Below, piece by piece: positions 45,966 to 55,444 of a stretch of DNA of 64,000 bases; the first letter of the stretch is position 1, and each line of letters begins with the position of its first letter. The stretch lies in IMG/VR virus record IMGVR_UViG_3300049143_000045, positions 2,798-66,797 of that record. One strand, given 5' to 3'. This DNA is from a virus. Taxonomy: Duplodnaviria; Caudoviricetes. Both the position numbers and the translations under genes were made by a program. The notes under the pieces were generated by a model. The model saw only the letters and a list, made by a program, of their open reading frames with translations, ran no database searches and was not told the origin of the DNA.

Positions 45966-46160
45966 ATGGATCACAGCACTCTCGTCTGGCGGAAGAGTAA
46001 GCATTCCGGCCAGGGGGACAACTGCGTGGAGGTCGCGAAGCTGCCTGACGGCGGCCGTGGCATCCGCGACTCGAAGGATCCGTCAGGTCCGCAGCTGTTC
46101 TTCACTCCGGGGGAGTGGGCCGCCTTCCGTAGCGGCATGGCGGACGGCGAGTTCGACTGA
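45966..46160 (+). CDS. DUF397 protein (BldB/Scr2-like)
   Basis: WRKSKHSG...CVEVA...IRDSKDP...EWAAF. Confidence 0.93.
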   Translation: MDHSTLVWRKSKHSGQGDNCVEVAKLPDGGRGIRDSKDPSGPQLFFTPGEWAAFRSGMADGEFD

Positions 46161-46173
46161 CCCTCAGCGCACC

Positions 46174-46211
46174 GTAGGCCCCGCGGCTCCTCTCGGAGCG
46201 GCGGGGCCTAC
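46174..46211. terminator. Terminator-like hairpin
   Basis: GTAGGCCCCGC...GCGGGGCCTAC. Confidence 0.65.
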
Positions 46212-46285
46212 CTGTTGTATCGAGGTGCGTCGATGCGGACGCGGCGCGGCGGGCTCTCCTTCTCCCTTTCGGTCACGCGGGAGAG

Positions 46286-46530
46286 TGGGAGGAATTTGGG
46301 AGGAGCGGGTCCCTCCAGAACCCCCTAAGACGCACTACGACTATCCCTCTGACCAGGCATAATCCTTGATTTACCTGGCCGTCAAGGTGGCCTAACGTTG
46401 TTTGCAAGCAGGATGTCAGGAGTTCGAATCTCCTAGGCTCCACCCATTCCTAGCCTCCTGACCAGGCTAAACAGCTTGCCCGAACTGCATAGGAATGATC
46501 TTCGCCCCCCCAATGGGAGGAATTTGGGAG
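46286..46530. repeat. Integrase arm-type repeats flanking the att core
   Basis: TGGGAGGAATTTGGGAG exact at 46286-46302 and 46514-46530; CTGACCAGGC also on both sides. Confidence 0.7.
46401..46444 (+). other. att core: 3' half of tRNA-Ala(TGC), not an intact tRNA
   Basis: TTTGCAAGCAGGATGTCAGGAGTTCGAATCTCCTAGGCTCCACC gives anticodon loop, T-arm and acceptor 3' strand; no D-arm upstream. Confidence 0.85.
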
Positions 46531-47873
46531 ATCAACTCCCACGGGCCTAGATGGGGCTCCAACAGCTCCTGCAATACGGGCAGCATCGAAGGCCCCATTC
46601 GGGCACGACGCCGGAGCGTCTCCTCCCATAGCCCCTGAAGGCCGACGACGATCTCCTGGCGCATCTCCGGCGTCACGTGCGAGTACCGGCCGCTGATCCC
46701 TGGCAGCTTGTGAGCGAGCCGCTCAGCCTGAGCCACCTCCGGGATCCGCAGGCCGATCAGCATCACCTTCTGCGAGTGCTTGAAGTCGTGCGGCGTGAAG
46801 CCCTCCACGACCGGCAGCCACGTCTGCACCGCACAGCCACCGCCGAGCCGCCTCGGAGACGACATCTGGTCGACCGTCTCCGACCGGCGCCGCAGGACAT
46901 ACTTGCCCAAATCGTCCACCATGATCCGCGCCTGCGGACGGTCGCCCTTGGCCGGCAGCCGCGCGTCAGAAGCCTTGTGGATGAGGGCGGCCATGTCTGT
47001 CCGCTTCCAGTGGTCCTGCGTCCGTGAGCGGAACACGTAGTCGCCCTTGTGCTGAGCGCAGCCGCACGGACGGGACTCGGTGCGCTGCAGATGCTCCGAC
47101 ATCAGCCGCGCCAAGAACGGCGGCAGCGGGATCTTCCTGCGCCGGTTGTGCTTCGGCGGCGCCTTCAGGAATTGCCCCCGGACCTCGCGCAGCTGCCACT
47201 GCACGTCGATCAGCCCCAGCTTGCAGTACTTCCGCTCAAGACCGCGGACCTCACCGAGCCGCATCCCCGTGTACGCCGACAGCAACGTCGACACGAACTC
47301 GTCAGCCCGGCCAGTCAGCAGGCCGGCACGCTCGGCGATGATGAGCGCCTGGTACGGCGAGCACCACAGGCTCTCCTCCTCCACATGGATGTCCTGCCGT
47401 CCGCGCTGGCGTCGCTGATGGGCGGGATTTGCATCGATGACCTTCGCGACGGCAGCGTCATCGAGGATCGTGCTGAGAATCGATCTGGCCTTCTTCGCCG
47501 AGGAGACAGCGAAGCCGCGCTTCACGATGTCGCGCTCCCAGGCGTTGATCTGGCTGAGCGACAGCGACCACATCGGTTCGTCGCCAAGGCGGGGGATGAT
47601 GTGCGTCCAGAGGTGGTAGGCGTAGTTTTCCTCGGTGGTCTCCGCGACGTTCTGTGAGGGCAGCCACTCATCAGCGATGAACTGCCGGAGGGTCATCTCG
47701 CCCTTGACCGGATCGTTCCAGCGCTTCGCCCGCGCCTTCGCCTCCTGCTCCCTGCCCCAGTCGAGGGCATCCTGCTTGGTCTCGAACCCCGGGCGGCTGC
47801 GCTCGCCGGTCGGGGTCTGGTACTTGACGCGCCAGGGCGTAGGCCCGTTTCCACGCTTCTCGGCGTAGGCCAT
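46467..47873 (-). CDS. int: Tyrosine integrase
   Basis: MAYAEKRG..WRVKY arm-binding N-terminus, YTGMRLGE, HDFKH, LAH, RYSH. Confidence 0.93.
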   Translation of the reverse strand: MAYAEKRGNGPTPWRVKYQTPTGERSRPGFETKQDALDWGREQEAKARAKRWNDPVKGEMTLRQFIADEWLPSQNVAETTEENYAYHLWTHIIPRLGDEPMWSLSLSQINAWERDIVKRGFAVSSAKKARSILSTILDDAAVAKVIDANPAHQRRQRGRQDIHVEEESLWCSPYQALIIAERAGLLTGRADEFVSTLLSAYTGMRLGEVRGLERKYCKLGLIDVQWQLREVRGQFLKAPPKHNRRRKIPLPPFLARLMSEHLQRTESRPCGCAQHKGDYVFRSRTQDHWKRTDMAALIHKASDARLPAKGDRPQARIMVDDLGKYVLRRRSETVDQMSSPRRLGGGCAVQTWLPVVEGFTPHDFKHSQKVMLIGLRIPEVAQAERLAHKLPGISGRYSHVTPEMRQEIVVGLQGLWEETLRRRARMGPSMLPVLQELLEPHLGPWELISQIPPIGGAKIIPMQFGQAV

Positions 47874-47890
47874 GTGCGTCTCGCTCCTCC

Positions 47891-48664
47891 TCAGTGGTGG
47901 TCCGGCACCACGTCGTCGACCACGGAGTGGACCTCGGACAGCAGATCTACGACCGGCTCCGCGGGGACGTCGACGTGGACGTCGCCCGGCTCTTCGGGCT
48001 GCACCCCGGCGTCCCCCGTGGGGGCGGCGGTCTGCGCCGGCGCCGAGCTGACGGGGTCCAGCGTAGGCGTGTCCGACGGCGCCGGAGAGTCGATAGGAGA
48101 CGGCCCCGTGGTAGACGCTGACGACGCTGACGGGGTCTCTGCGGCAGGGGAGTCCGCGGTGGGAGTTCCCGCGGACGGGGTTTCCGCGACGGGGGTGGGC
48201 GGCCACTCCTCCGCCACCCTCTCGCGCTCCTTCGCCTTCGCCCGCTGCGGCTGAGGGGATGGCCGCGCGGGACGGGTCAGGCGGAAAGCCGGGCTCGGCT
48301 CGGCCGCCCTGTCCAGGGTCCGCGTCGCAACAGCGGGCGGACTGGCCCGCGCCGGCGACTCCGTGCTGTTGCTCAGGACGGCGGCGCCGCCCGCTCCTGC
48401 CACCACCATGACGCCACACGCGACTGCGGCCGTCTGCTCGGTGGCGAGCCGCCGGAGCGGCTCTCCCAGCAGTTGCACGACGGGCAGGCAGCTGAGCAGG
48501 CCCTTGTGCAGGATGGCGCGGACGGCGGTGACGGCGCTGCTGTGCGGCTGCTCGCTGTTGACGACGATGATCGGGTTTTCGCCGGTGTCGTCGTCATCGA
48601 CGAACGCTGCGACCTCGGGCTCGAGTTCGGTCCGGCGGAATCCGCCGGGGTCGGCGGCGCTCAT
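47891..48664 (-). CDS. Single-TM protein with Pro/Ser/Thr-rich C-terminus
   Basis: MSAADPGG start at 48664; one hydrophobic helix then low-complexity tail. Confidence 0.55.
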   Translation of the reverse strand: MSAADPGGFRRTELEPEVAAFVDDDDTGENPIIVVNSEQPHSSAVTAVRAILHKGLLSCLPVVQLLGEPLRRLATEQTAAVACGVMVVAGAGGAAVLSNSTESPARASPPAVATRTLDRAAEPSPAFRLTRPARPSPQPQRAKAKERERVAEEWPPTPVAETPSAGTPTADSPAAETPSASSASTTGPSPIDSPAPSDTPTLDPVSSAPAQTAAPTGDAGVQPEEPGDVHVDVPAEPVVDLLSEVHSVVDDVVPDHH

Positions 48665-49032
48665 GCCGCGGCCGAGTTGGGGGTGAGGGTGCACAGCTGG
48701 ATCCAGACGGCTCGCTCCCGTGCAGGGTCTGGATAGCCGAGCGGGTTGATCACGGCGCGGGTGGATCTGCCGTGAATGGTCAGGCGGACCAGTTGCTGAA
48801 CGCCTGGAGTAGCTCGGAGTGCGTGGACGAGCTCGGCTGGCGGCTCGCCGACGCTGGTGGCCACGCTCAGGCGGTCGATCTCCGCCTGTGTGCGTTCGTC
48901 CTCGACCTTGCCTTTGTCGATGTGTTCGGCTAGCGCGGTGAAGCCTTGCCGCCCCACTGCGGCGAGGGCTTTGCCTACGAGCCTGTTGATGCTCTGGGAT
49001 GACGGGGTTTGGGACGTCACGTCCACCTCCAT
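48661..49032 (-). CDS. Hypothetical protein in the repressor operon
   Basis: Coupled to the next leftward gene; start uncertain. Confidence 0.5.
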   Translation of the reverse strand: MEVDVTSQTPSSQSINRLVGKALAAVGRQGFTALAEHIDKGKVEDERTQAEIDRLSVATSVGEPPAELVHALRATPGVQQLVRLTIHGRSTRAVINPLGYPDPARERAVWIQLCTLTPNSAAA

Positions 49033-49175
49033 AGTGCGGTGGCAGATGCTGATCCCTCGCGACGGGTGCTGCTGGAGTGCCCACAAGACGTCACGAAATG
49101 CGTGTCCGTCTAGACCGAAAAACTCTTTGTAATGCGTTCGTGATGCAACGTTCCAATTGGTGGGGGAATGCCCCG

Positions 49176-49688
49176 TTATCCCGCCTTGCCATGGTTTGGG
49201 TGGTTCGGGTCGTTTTTGCGTTCGCGTAGTGCCCGCACCTCGTCTCGGAGTTCGGCGAGCGCCTCCTCATGCTGACGCGCCATGCCCTGGATCGCCTCTT
49301 CCTGTTGGCGAGCCAACTCCTGAAGGGGTTCGAGTTCGGCCCGCAGTGCGGCGCGGAACGCATCGACCTGCGCCATGGCCACCTTCTCTGCGTCGCTGAT
49401 TCGCGGCTTCGGCTCGGCGGGTGTGTCGTCCGCCGCTCCGGAGTAGACGACGGACGCCACTTCGTCGGGCCCGAGACCGAGGGCCGGGTAGCGGAGCTGG
49501 AGTGCCTTGCCGAGTGCGATCAGGCTCTCGTACTTCGGCTTGCTGGTGCCGGACTTCCAGCGGGACAGCTGCGACTGGTCCATGGGGACGAGTGCGGCGA
49601 GTTGCACCTGCGAAATGTTCGTCTCGTCGAGGATGCGGTCGAGTAGCGCCCTGAAGGCGTCAGCAGGCCATGGCGGCGTCTTGACCAT
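49176..49688 (-). CDS. CI-like immunity repressor (XRE HTH)
   Basis: ISQVQLAALVPMDQSQLSRWKSGTSKP; divergent from Cro-like gene. Confidence 0.8.
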   Translation of the reverse strand: MVKTPPWPADAFRALLDRILDETNISQVQLAALVPMDQSQLSRWKSGTSKPKYESLIALGKALQLRYPALGLGPDEVASVVYSGAADDTPAEPKPRISDAEKVAMAQVDAFRAALRAELEPLQELARQQEEAIQGMARQHEEALAELRDEVRALRERKNDPNHPNHGKAG

Positions 49689-49878
49689 GTACAAGACCAT
49701 ACGGCTATGCACATAGGCCTGTCCAATATGCAGATCTGCAAACACCCAGGCCAGCACGATGATCGTTGGGTCTCATGCATAATCCCAGGTGTACAGCCGT
49801 ACCAACGTTGGGTTCTGGAACAAGTCAATCTGCCAAGGGTCTTGCGTTGGGCTTGAGCCCAAGACTATGTTCATTTGC

Positions 49879-50142
49879 ATGAGGCAAGACGACCGGACCT
49901 CCCCCACCATCCGACTACGAGACGGAGCAGACGAGCGCCTCAAGAGCGAGTTCAAGGTCGCTAAAGACACCGACCTGGCCGAACTCCTTGGCGTCGACCC
50001 GAGCCACTACAGCCGGGTCAAGAACGGACGCTCAGACCCCGGCCCCTACTTCCAGGCCCGGCTGCTCACCGCCATCCGACCCCTCGACCTCGACTGGTAC
50101 GACGTGTTCGAGGTCGCTCCCGCCAGCAAGAACGCGGCCTGA
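49879..50142 (+). CDS. Cro-like HTH protein
   Basis: DTDLAELLGVDPSHYSRVKNGRSDPG. Confidence 0.75.
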   Translation: MRQDDRTSPTIRLRDGADERLKSEFKVAKDTDLAELLGVDPSHYSRVKNGRSDPGPYFQARLLTAIRPLDLDWYDVFEVAPASKNAA

Positions 50143-50143
50143 C

Positions 50144-50506
50144 ATGACGCGGCCCGAACGATGGCTCGACAAAGAAGAGCTCGCCCAACGCTTCGGCCTC
50201 GTCAACAAAGCCGGCCAGCCCAGCACCCACCAGATCAAACGCAAAGCAGCCACCGGCGAATGGCCCAGCCACCTCGTCATGGGCAAGCTCCGCTTCAGTC
50301 CCGAAGACGTCGCCGCCATCGAAGAAAAGCTGCGTCACCCGGCGACCGCCCAGCGGGTGGTGGCAGCACCGAAGCCCCCCGCAGAGAAGAAGCCGAAGAG
50401 CACCCGCCGCACCACGAAGGCGCAGACGGCCAACACCGGACTACCCAAATTCGGGTTCGCCGCCCTCGAAGAGCGACTGCGGAGCGACCACCGATCCGCG
50501 TCCTGA
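50144..50506 (+). CDS. Excisionase-like HTH protein
   Basis: WLDKEELAQRFG...GKLRFSPEDVAA. Confidence 0.6.
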   Translation: MTRPERWLDKEELAQRFGLVNKAGQPSTHQIKRKAATGEWPSHLVMGKLRFSPEDVAAIEEKLRHPATAQRVVAAPKPPAEKKPKSTRRTTKAQTANTGLPKFGFAALEERLRSDHRSAS

Positions 50507-50581
50507 CATGCCGCGGGCCCACCCGCTGGAACCGGATGAGCCCGCTACAGCCCGCTCAATCCCTAGAAGAGAGCAAGGCCA

Positions 50582-51103
50582 ATGACCATCATCGCACCTA
50601 CCGCAGCCACCGCCAGTCTCACCGAGCTGCTGCACAAGGCCGCGTTCACCCGCCTCCAGGACGACGAGCGCGACGTGCTGCGCTGCTTCCTGGACGATGC
50701 GGTCGGCAGCCTCACCGAGCTGGAGACGCTCGCCGTCAGCGAGTCCATCGCAGGCTGGCAGCCGGACATGTGCCGCGCCATGATCCTCAACGCGCTGGCT
50801 GCCCGCCTGACTAAGCCCGCCGAGACGCACCCCGTGCTGGTCACTCTCGCCGCCTACGCGATCGAGCGGCCCGGCGAGTCCGAGCGCAGCATGCTGCTGG
50901 CCGCCATCCTCACCATCAGCCACGGCGTCACCGACGGAGCTGTCGAACTGGCCCTGTACGGCGGCCGCACCAGCGCGGAGTACGACCAGCTGAAAGCCGC
51001 AGGGGATGAGCGAGAGAGGCTGCTCGAGCAGGCCCGCCGCCAGGCGCAGGCCGCCGAGTACGAGCCGCAGCCGACCGCCGCAGAGCAGGCGGTCGCAGCA
51101 TGA
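50582..51103 (+). CDS. Hypothetical protein
   Basis: 173-aa early-operon ORF. Confidence 0.55.
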   Translation: MTIIAPTAATASLTELLHKAAFTRLQDDERDVLRCFLDDAVGSLTELETLAVSESIAGWQPDMCRAMILNALAARLTKPAETHPVLVTLAAYAIERPGESERSMLLAAILTISHGVTDGAVELALYGGRTSAEYDQLKAAGDERERLLEQARRQAQAAEYEPQPTAAEQAVAA

Positions 51104-51288
51104 CCCTCCGACTCTGGCCCGACGAGTGGTGGCTCGACTACGAGCCGATGACCTCGGACGAGAAGGCGATCGTCGACAGATTCATCGCCTCAAACCCGGA
51201 CACCTCGTGGGCTCTCGCGAAAGCCCAGGTCGACGTACGCCGCCGACGCCACGCAGCAAACCAGCGCCCGTCTCGGGAGGACCGATGA
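51100..51288 (+). CDS. Hypothetical protein
   Basis: Coupled ORF. Confidence 0.5.
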   Translation: MTLRLWPDEWWLDYEPMTSDEKAIVDRFIASNPDTSWALAKAQVDVRRRRHAANQRPSREDR

Positions 51289-51485
51289 ACGCCGTACACC
51301 TGCACGCAGGCCAGATCGTTTCCACGCCGCTGTGGGAAGGCGGCCAGCCGGTCCGCATCCGCGACGCGGTCCGCGACGGCAACCGCATGTCGGTCGACTT
51401 CCAGGACGTCCGCTGCCACCACCGCGCGCAGCGGGTCGAGGTGCCGTTCGGGTTCGAAGTCGACCTCGTCGGCGGTGCGCGATGA
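51285..51485 (+). CDS. Hypothetical protein
   Basis: GGAGG RBS; coupled ORF. Confidence 0.5.
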   Translation: MNAVHLHAGQIVSTPLWEGGQPVRIRDAVRDGNRMSVDFQDVRCHHRAQRVEVPFGFEVDLVGGAR

Positions 51486-51700
51486 CTGGAGCCGAGCACT
51501 ACCGGCAGGCGGAGGAGTACCTGGAGGCGGCCCGCGGGAGCCTGAACGCCGAATACGACGGCTACGTGTCCCGCGCGCAGGTCCACGCGACCCTCGCCCT
51601 GGCCGCCGCCACCGCGCTCAGCGGTAACGGCCACGGGATGCCCGTCCGGGACTACAACGCCTGGCACGACACCGTCGGAACTCAGGACGGCGCGCGATGA
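51482..51700 (+). CDS. Hypothetical protein
   Basis: EHYRQAEEYL...AQVHATLALAAAT. Confidence 0.55.
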   Translation: MTGAEHYRQAEEYLEAARGSLNAEYDGYVSRAQVHATLALAAATALSGNGHGMPVRDYNAWHDTVGTQDGAR

Positions 51701-51825
51701 CCGCCCGCGCGAAGCCCAAGACGCCTGAGCTGCCGTGGCTACCGCCCTCCACCCCATCCACATGGGTGTGCGCGAAAGGCCACATCAACCCGCTCACCCA
51801 GCCGCACTGCCGGGTGTGCCGATGA
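51697..51825 (+). CDS. Small Zn-ribbon peptide (42 aa, not in ORF track)
   Basis: WVCAKGH...HCRVCR; overlaps both neighbours by ATGA. Confidence 0.45.
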   Translation: MTARAKPKTPELPWLPPSTPSTWVCAKGHINPLTQPHCRVCR

Positions 51826-51980
51826 GACGCCTCATCCGCGCCTACATCGCCCGCCGCGACCAGGACAACGAGCGCAAGGTCGCCGCCTGGCTCGCCACCA
51901 TGCGCCCCTTCCAAGGCCACCCGTACCCCGCCGAAGCCGCGCGCGTAATCGTCGGCCACGTCATCCAGGAGGAGCAGTGA
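51822..51980 (+). CDS. Hypothetical protein
   Basis: Coupled ORF MRRLIRAY. Confidence 0.45.
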   Translation: MRRLIRAYIARRDQDNERKVAAWLATMRPFQGHPYPAEAARVIVGHVIQEEQ

Positions 51981-52456
51981 GCACCCCGTACAAGGCCGGC
52001 GAGATCGTCACCATCACCCTCACCGACGTGCGCGTGACCGACGTGGCCGACGGCTGGATCGACGTTGAACTCGCCGCCGAGCGAGAAGTCACACTCCGAA
52101 CCGACGAAGGCCGCATCGAGATCACCCGGCACGGCGAAGCAAAGCAGAGCGATCGCATCGCCGCTGTGCTCACCTTCCTCGACAGCCTCGAAGCCGAAAC
52201 CAGCATCGAACCGTACGTCGCCGCCGGAGTCCGCCGAGAGCTCGGGCTGCCACCCCGCCACTGGCCGCCACAGCCCGGCGACGTGTGGGAAGACGTCTGG
52301 AGCGAGCCATGGTTCGCGCGGGTCTGCCACAGCCGCAACCCCAGCGAGACCGTCATGGTGTCGGGCTACAGCGGCGGCACGAAGAAGCCGGACGAACTGC
52401 TCACGTCAACCGTCGCACCCACGCTCGTCTACCGCCGAGAGGGTGCTCCTTGGTGA
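51977..52456 (+). CDS. Hypothetical protein
   Basis: GGAGGAG RBS; WPPQPGDVW motif. Confidence 0.6.
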   Translation: MSTPYKAGEIVTITLTDVRVTDVADGWIDVELAAEREVTLRTDEGRIEITRHGEAKQSDRIAAVLTFLDSLEAETSIEPYVAAGVRRELGLPPRHWPPQPGDVWEDVWSEPWFARVCHSRNPSETVMVSGYSGGTKKPDELLTSTVAPTLVYRREGAPW

Positions 52457-53385
52457 CCGAACTCCTCGACCGGCCAGCCACCCCCACCGGGATCCTCCTC
52501 GGCACCTGGACACCCGACGACCCCGCCTGGCACGCCGCCCGCATGCCCGGCATCACCGGCAGCGAAATCGCCGCCGTCGAAGGCCTGTCCAAATGGGAAT
52601 CGCCGTTCTCCCTCTGGCACCGCAAAAGAGGACTGACCAGCGACACCGTCGAAAACGACGAGATGAAGTGGGGCACGCTCCTCGAACCCGTCGTCCTCGC
52701 CGAATTCGCCGCCGCACACCCCGAACTCCACATCACCAAGGGCGGCACCTACCACCACGTCGACCGGCCGTGGCAGATCGGCACCCCCGACGGCATCGCC
52801 CACCCCCTCAACGCCGGCCCCGCCTCCGTCGTCGAAGTCAAAACCGCGCGAGACGACTGGGAATGGGGCGAGCCCGGCACCGACGACATCCCCGTCTACT
52901 ACCGCGCCCAAGTCCTCTGGTACCTCGACGCCCTCGGCCTCCACCACGCCCACATTCCCGTGCTGATCGGCGGCTCCGACTACCGCGAATACCAGATCAC
53001 CCTCCGCCCCGACGACAAGGCAGCCCAAGCCGAGATCGCCCGCATGCGGGCCTCCGCCCACGCCTTCCTTGAGTCCGTCCGGCTCAACCAGCGGCCCAGC
53101 CTCGACGGCCACACCGCCACCTATCAGACGGTGCGCGAACTGCCCGACGGGATGGACGACATCGACGTCGAAGTCAGCCCCGAACTGGCCGCCCGCTACG
53201 ACACGGCCCGCGCCGCATTCACCGCAGCGGAAAAGGAGAAGCGGCACGCCGCCGCCCTCCTCCTCGACGAGATCGGCACCGGCCGCCGCGCCACCTGCCA
53301 AGGCAAAACCGTCGCCACCCGCACCGTCCGCGACGGCCGCACCTACAGCCTCCAGCCCGCCCGCACCCCAAGGAGCAGCGCATGA
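52453..53385 (+). CDS. YqaJ-like viral recombinase exonuclease
   Basis: GITGSEIAAV, GTPDG, VVEVKT, QVLWYL. Confidence 0.9.
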   Translation: MTELLDRPATPTGILLGTWTPDDPAWHAARMPGITGSEIAAVEGLSKWESPFSLWHRKRGLTSDTVENDEMKWGTLLEPVVLAEFAAAHPELHITKGGTYHHVDRPWQIGTPDGIAHPLNAGPASVVEVKTARDDWEWGEPGTDDIPVYYRAQVLWYLDALGLHHAHIPVLIGGSDYREYQITLRPDDKAAQAEIARMRASAHAFLESVRLNQRPSLDGHTATYQTVRELPDGMDDIDVEVSPELAARYDTARAAFTAAEKEKRHAAALLLDEIGTGRRATCQGKTVATRTVRDGRTYSLQPARTPRSSA

Positions 53386-54191
53386 CCGTCAACACCAGCA
53401 CCGCCATCGCGCGCCGCGACACCGGGCCAGCCGCCATGGTCGAGCAGTACAAAGCCGACCTCGCCATGGTCATGCCGTCCCACGTCAAAGCCGACACCTG
53501 GGTGCGGCTCGCCGTCGGCGTCCTCCGCCGCGACCCCAAGCTGGCCGAAGCCGCCAACAACAACCCGGCAGCGCTGATGGGCGCCCTCATGGACGCCGCC
53601 CAGCTCGGACTCACCCCCGGCACCGAGCAGTACTACCTCACCCCCCGCAAGGTGAAAGGCCGCCTCGAGGTCCAGGGCATCCGCGGCTACCAGGGCGAAA
53701 TCGAGCTCATCTACCGGGCCGGCGCCGTCTCCTCCGTCATCGTCGAAGTGGTCCGCGCGGGCGACCAGTTCCGGTTCGCGCCCGGCCGCGACGAGCGGCC
53801 CGTCCACGAAATCGACTGGATGGCCGAAGACCGCGGCGAACTGCGGCTCGTCTACGCCTACGCCGTCATGAAGGACAGCGCCACCAGCAAGGTCGTCGTC
53901 CTCAACCGCAAGCAGGTGATGGAGGCGAAAGCCCTGTCGACCGGATCGGACTCGCCGTACTCGCCGTGGAACCGGCACGAAGAGGCGATGTGGCTGAAGA
54001 CCGCCGCCCACCGGCTCACCAAGTGGGTGCCCACCAGCGCCGAGTACATCCGCGAGCAGCTGCGCGCTGCCCGCGAGGTCGCCGCCGAGACGACTCCTCC
54101 GCCGGTCATGCCGGCGGCTCCGTACCCGACTGTCGACATGGACATCGACGAGGTGGCCGACGCCGAGATCGTCGACGAGGACGGCCACTGA
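53382..54191 (+). CDS. recT: RecT single-strand annealing protein
   Basis: AAQLGLTP...YYLTP...GYQGEIEL...MWLKTAAHRLTKWVP. Confidence 0.92.
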   Translation: MTVNTSTAIARRDTGPAAMVEQYKADLAMVMPSHVKADTWVRLAVGVLRRDPKLAEAANNNPAALMGALMDAAQLGLTPGTEQYYLTPRKVKGRLEVQGIRGYQGEIELIYRAGAVSSVIVEVVRAGDQFRFAPGRDERPVHEIDWMAEDRGELRLVYAYAVMKDSATSKVVVLNRKQVMEAKALSTGSDSPYSPWNRHEEAMWLKTAAHRLTKWVPTSAEYIREQLRAAREVAAETTPPPVMPAAPYPTVDMDIDEVADAEIVDEDGH

Positions 54192-54922
54192 TGGGCTGGC
54201 ACAAGGGAAACATGGTCGCCTTCGACCTGGAAAGTACTGGCGTCTCAACCGAGAACGACAGGATCGTCACCGGCTGCGTCGCCCTCATCAACGGCACCAC
54301 CGGCGAAACCAACATCGTCACTCTCCTTGCCAACCCAGGCGTCGACATCCCCGAGCAGGCGACCGCCGTACACGGCATCACCACCGCCCACGCCGTCGAG
54401 CACGGCCAGGACGCCGCCAAGGTGGTCGCCGCGCTCGCCAACACCCTGATGATTCAGGTGTTCGAGGGCGTCCCGATCGTCGGCTGCAACCTGCAGTACG
54501 ACTTCACCCTCCTCGACCGCGAGACCCGCCGGCACGGCCTCCACCCGTTCGGCGACCGCTTCACCACGGCGAACGGCGTGGCGATCGACGCCTACGTGCT
54601 CGACAAGGCCACGGACCGCTACAGGCCCGGCTCGCGCAAGCTGACCGACCTGTGCACCCACTACAAGGTGCGCATCGACGGCGCCCACGACGCCTCCCAC
54701 GACGCGATCGCCGCGGCACGCGTCGTGTACCGGATCGCCCAGCGGAACCCGCAGATCGCGGCGATGCCGCTGCACGAACTGCACGCCTTCCAGGTGAAGG
54801 CGAAGGCCGACCAGTCGCAGTCCTTCCGCGACTACAAGGCAACGAGGGGCGAGTCGACAGAAGGCATCCGCGACGAGTGGCCGCTCGTCCCGGCCGACGT
54901 GGTCGAGGGCGTGATCGTGTGA
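54191..54922 (+). CDS. DEDDh 3'-5' exonuclease (DnaQ-like)
   Basis: AFDLESTG, YDFTLL, AHDASHD. Confidence 0.9.
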   Translation: MGWHKGNMVAFDLESTGVSTENDRIVTGCVALINGTTGETNIVTLLANPGVDIPEQATAVHGITTAHAVEHGQDAAKVVAALANTLMIQVFEGVPIVGCNLQYDFTLLDRETRRHGLHPFGDRFTTANGVAIDAYVLDKATDRYRPGSRKLTDLCTHYKVRIDGAHDASHDAIAAARVVYRIAQRNPQIAAMPLHELHAFQVKAKADQSQSFRDYKATRGESTEGIRDEWPLVPADVVEGVIV

Positions 54923-55074
54923 CCAGCCTTTTCGCCCGCCCGCGCGGCCGCCACGTCCGCTCCAGCCAGTCCTGGGGCGCCCTCGCCCACGCGGTAGCTG
55001 ACGCGAGCCGTCACCCGGTCGTCGACCTGGCGACCGCCTGCCCTGCACTCCTCCGACGCACCCCCACGAGGTGA
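54919..55074 (+). CDS. Hypothetical protein
   Basis: GTG overlaps previous stop. Confidence 0.35.
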   Translation: MTSLFARPRGRHVRSSQSWGALAHAVADASRHPVVDLATACPALLRRTPTR

Positions 55075-55078
55075 ACCC

Positions 55079-55444
55079 ATGAACGCACTCGACAAGATCG
55101 CCCCGTACCCGAAGCGGGAAGAGGACGCGACCGCAGCGACGCTGGCGAAGGCCACCGCCGCTCACGCCTACCTCATCCTGGCGCGCGACACGCTGGACAC
55201 CGAGCCCATCGACAGGGCCACGTTCAACGTCATGGTGTGCGAGTACGGCATCGCCTTCCTGCTGCGAGCCCTCATCGCAGCCAACCCCGAGGCCGCCGAT
55301 AAGGCTGCCCAGGAGCTGTGGGCGGAGTGGGACGGCGGCGACGGCCTCGGGCCAGACCTCTATGGGTGGCTGGCCGAGTGGGGCATTGCAGGGAACGACA
55401 TCGCCGCTGCTATCCAGACGAAGCAGTCGGGCTGTGCGCGATGA
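55079..55444 (+). CDS. Hypothetical protein
   Basis: GAGG RBS. Confidence 0.55.
   Translation: MNALDKIAPYPKREEDATAATLAKATAAHAYLILARDTLDTEPIDRATFNVMVCEYGIAFLLRALIAANPEAADKAAQELWAEWDGGDGLGPDLYGWLAEWGIAGNDIAAAIQTKQSGCAR

Noticed and set aside
46380-46450. Intact tRNA gene
   Set aside because: Only anticodon loop to 3' end is present; upstream sequence cannot form acceptor 5' strand or D-arm.
47874-48419. N-terminal 182 aa of the 650-aa integrase ORF
   Set aside because: Low-complexity alternative frame of the upstream gene; typical MAYAEKRG start with AGGAGGAG RBS at 47873.
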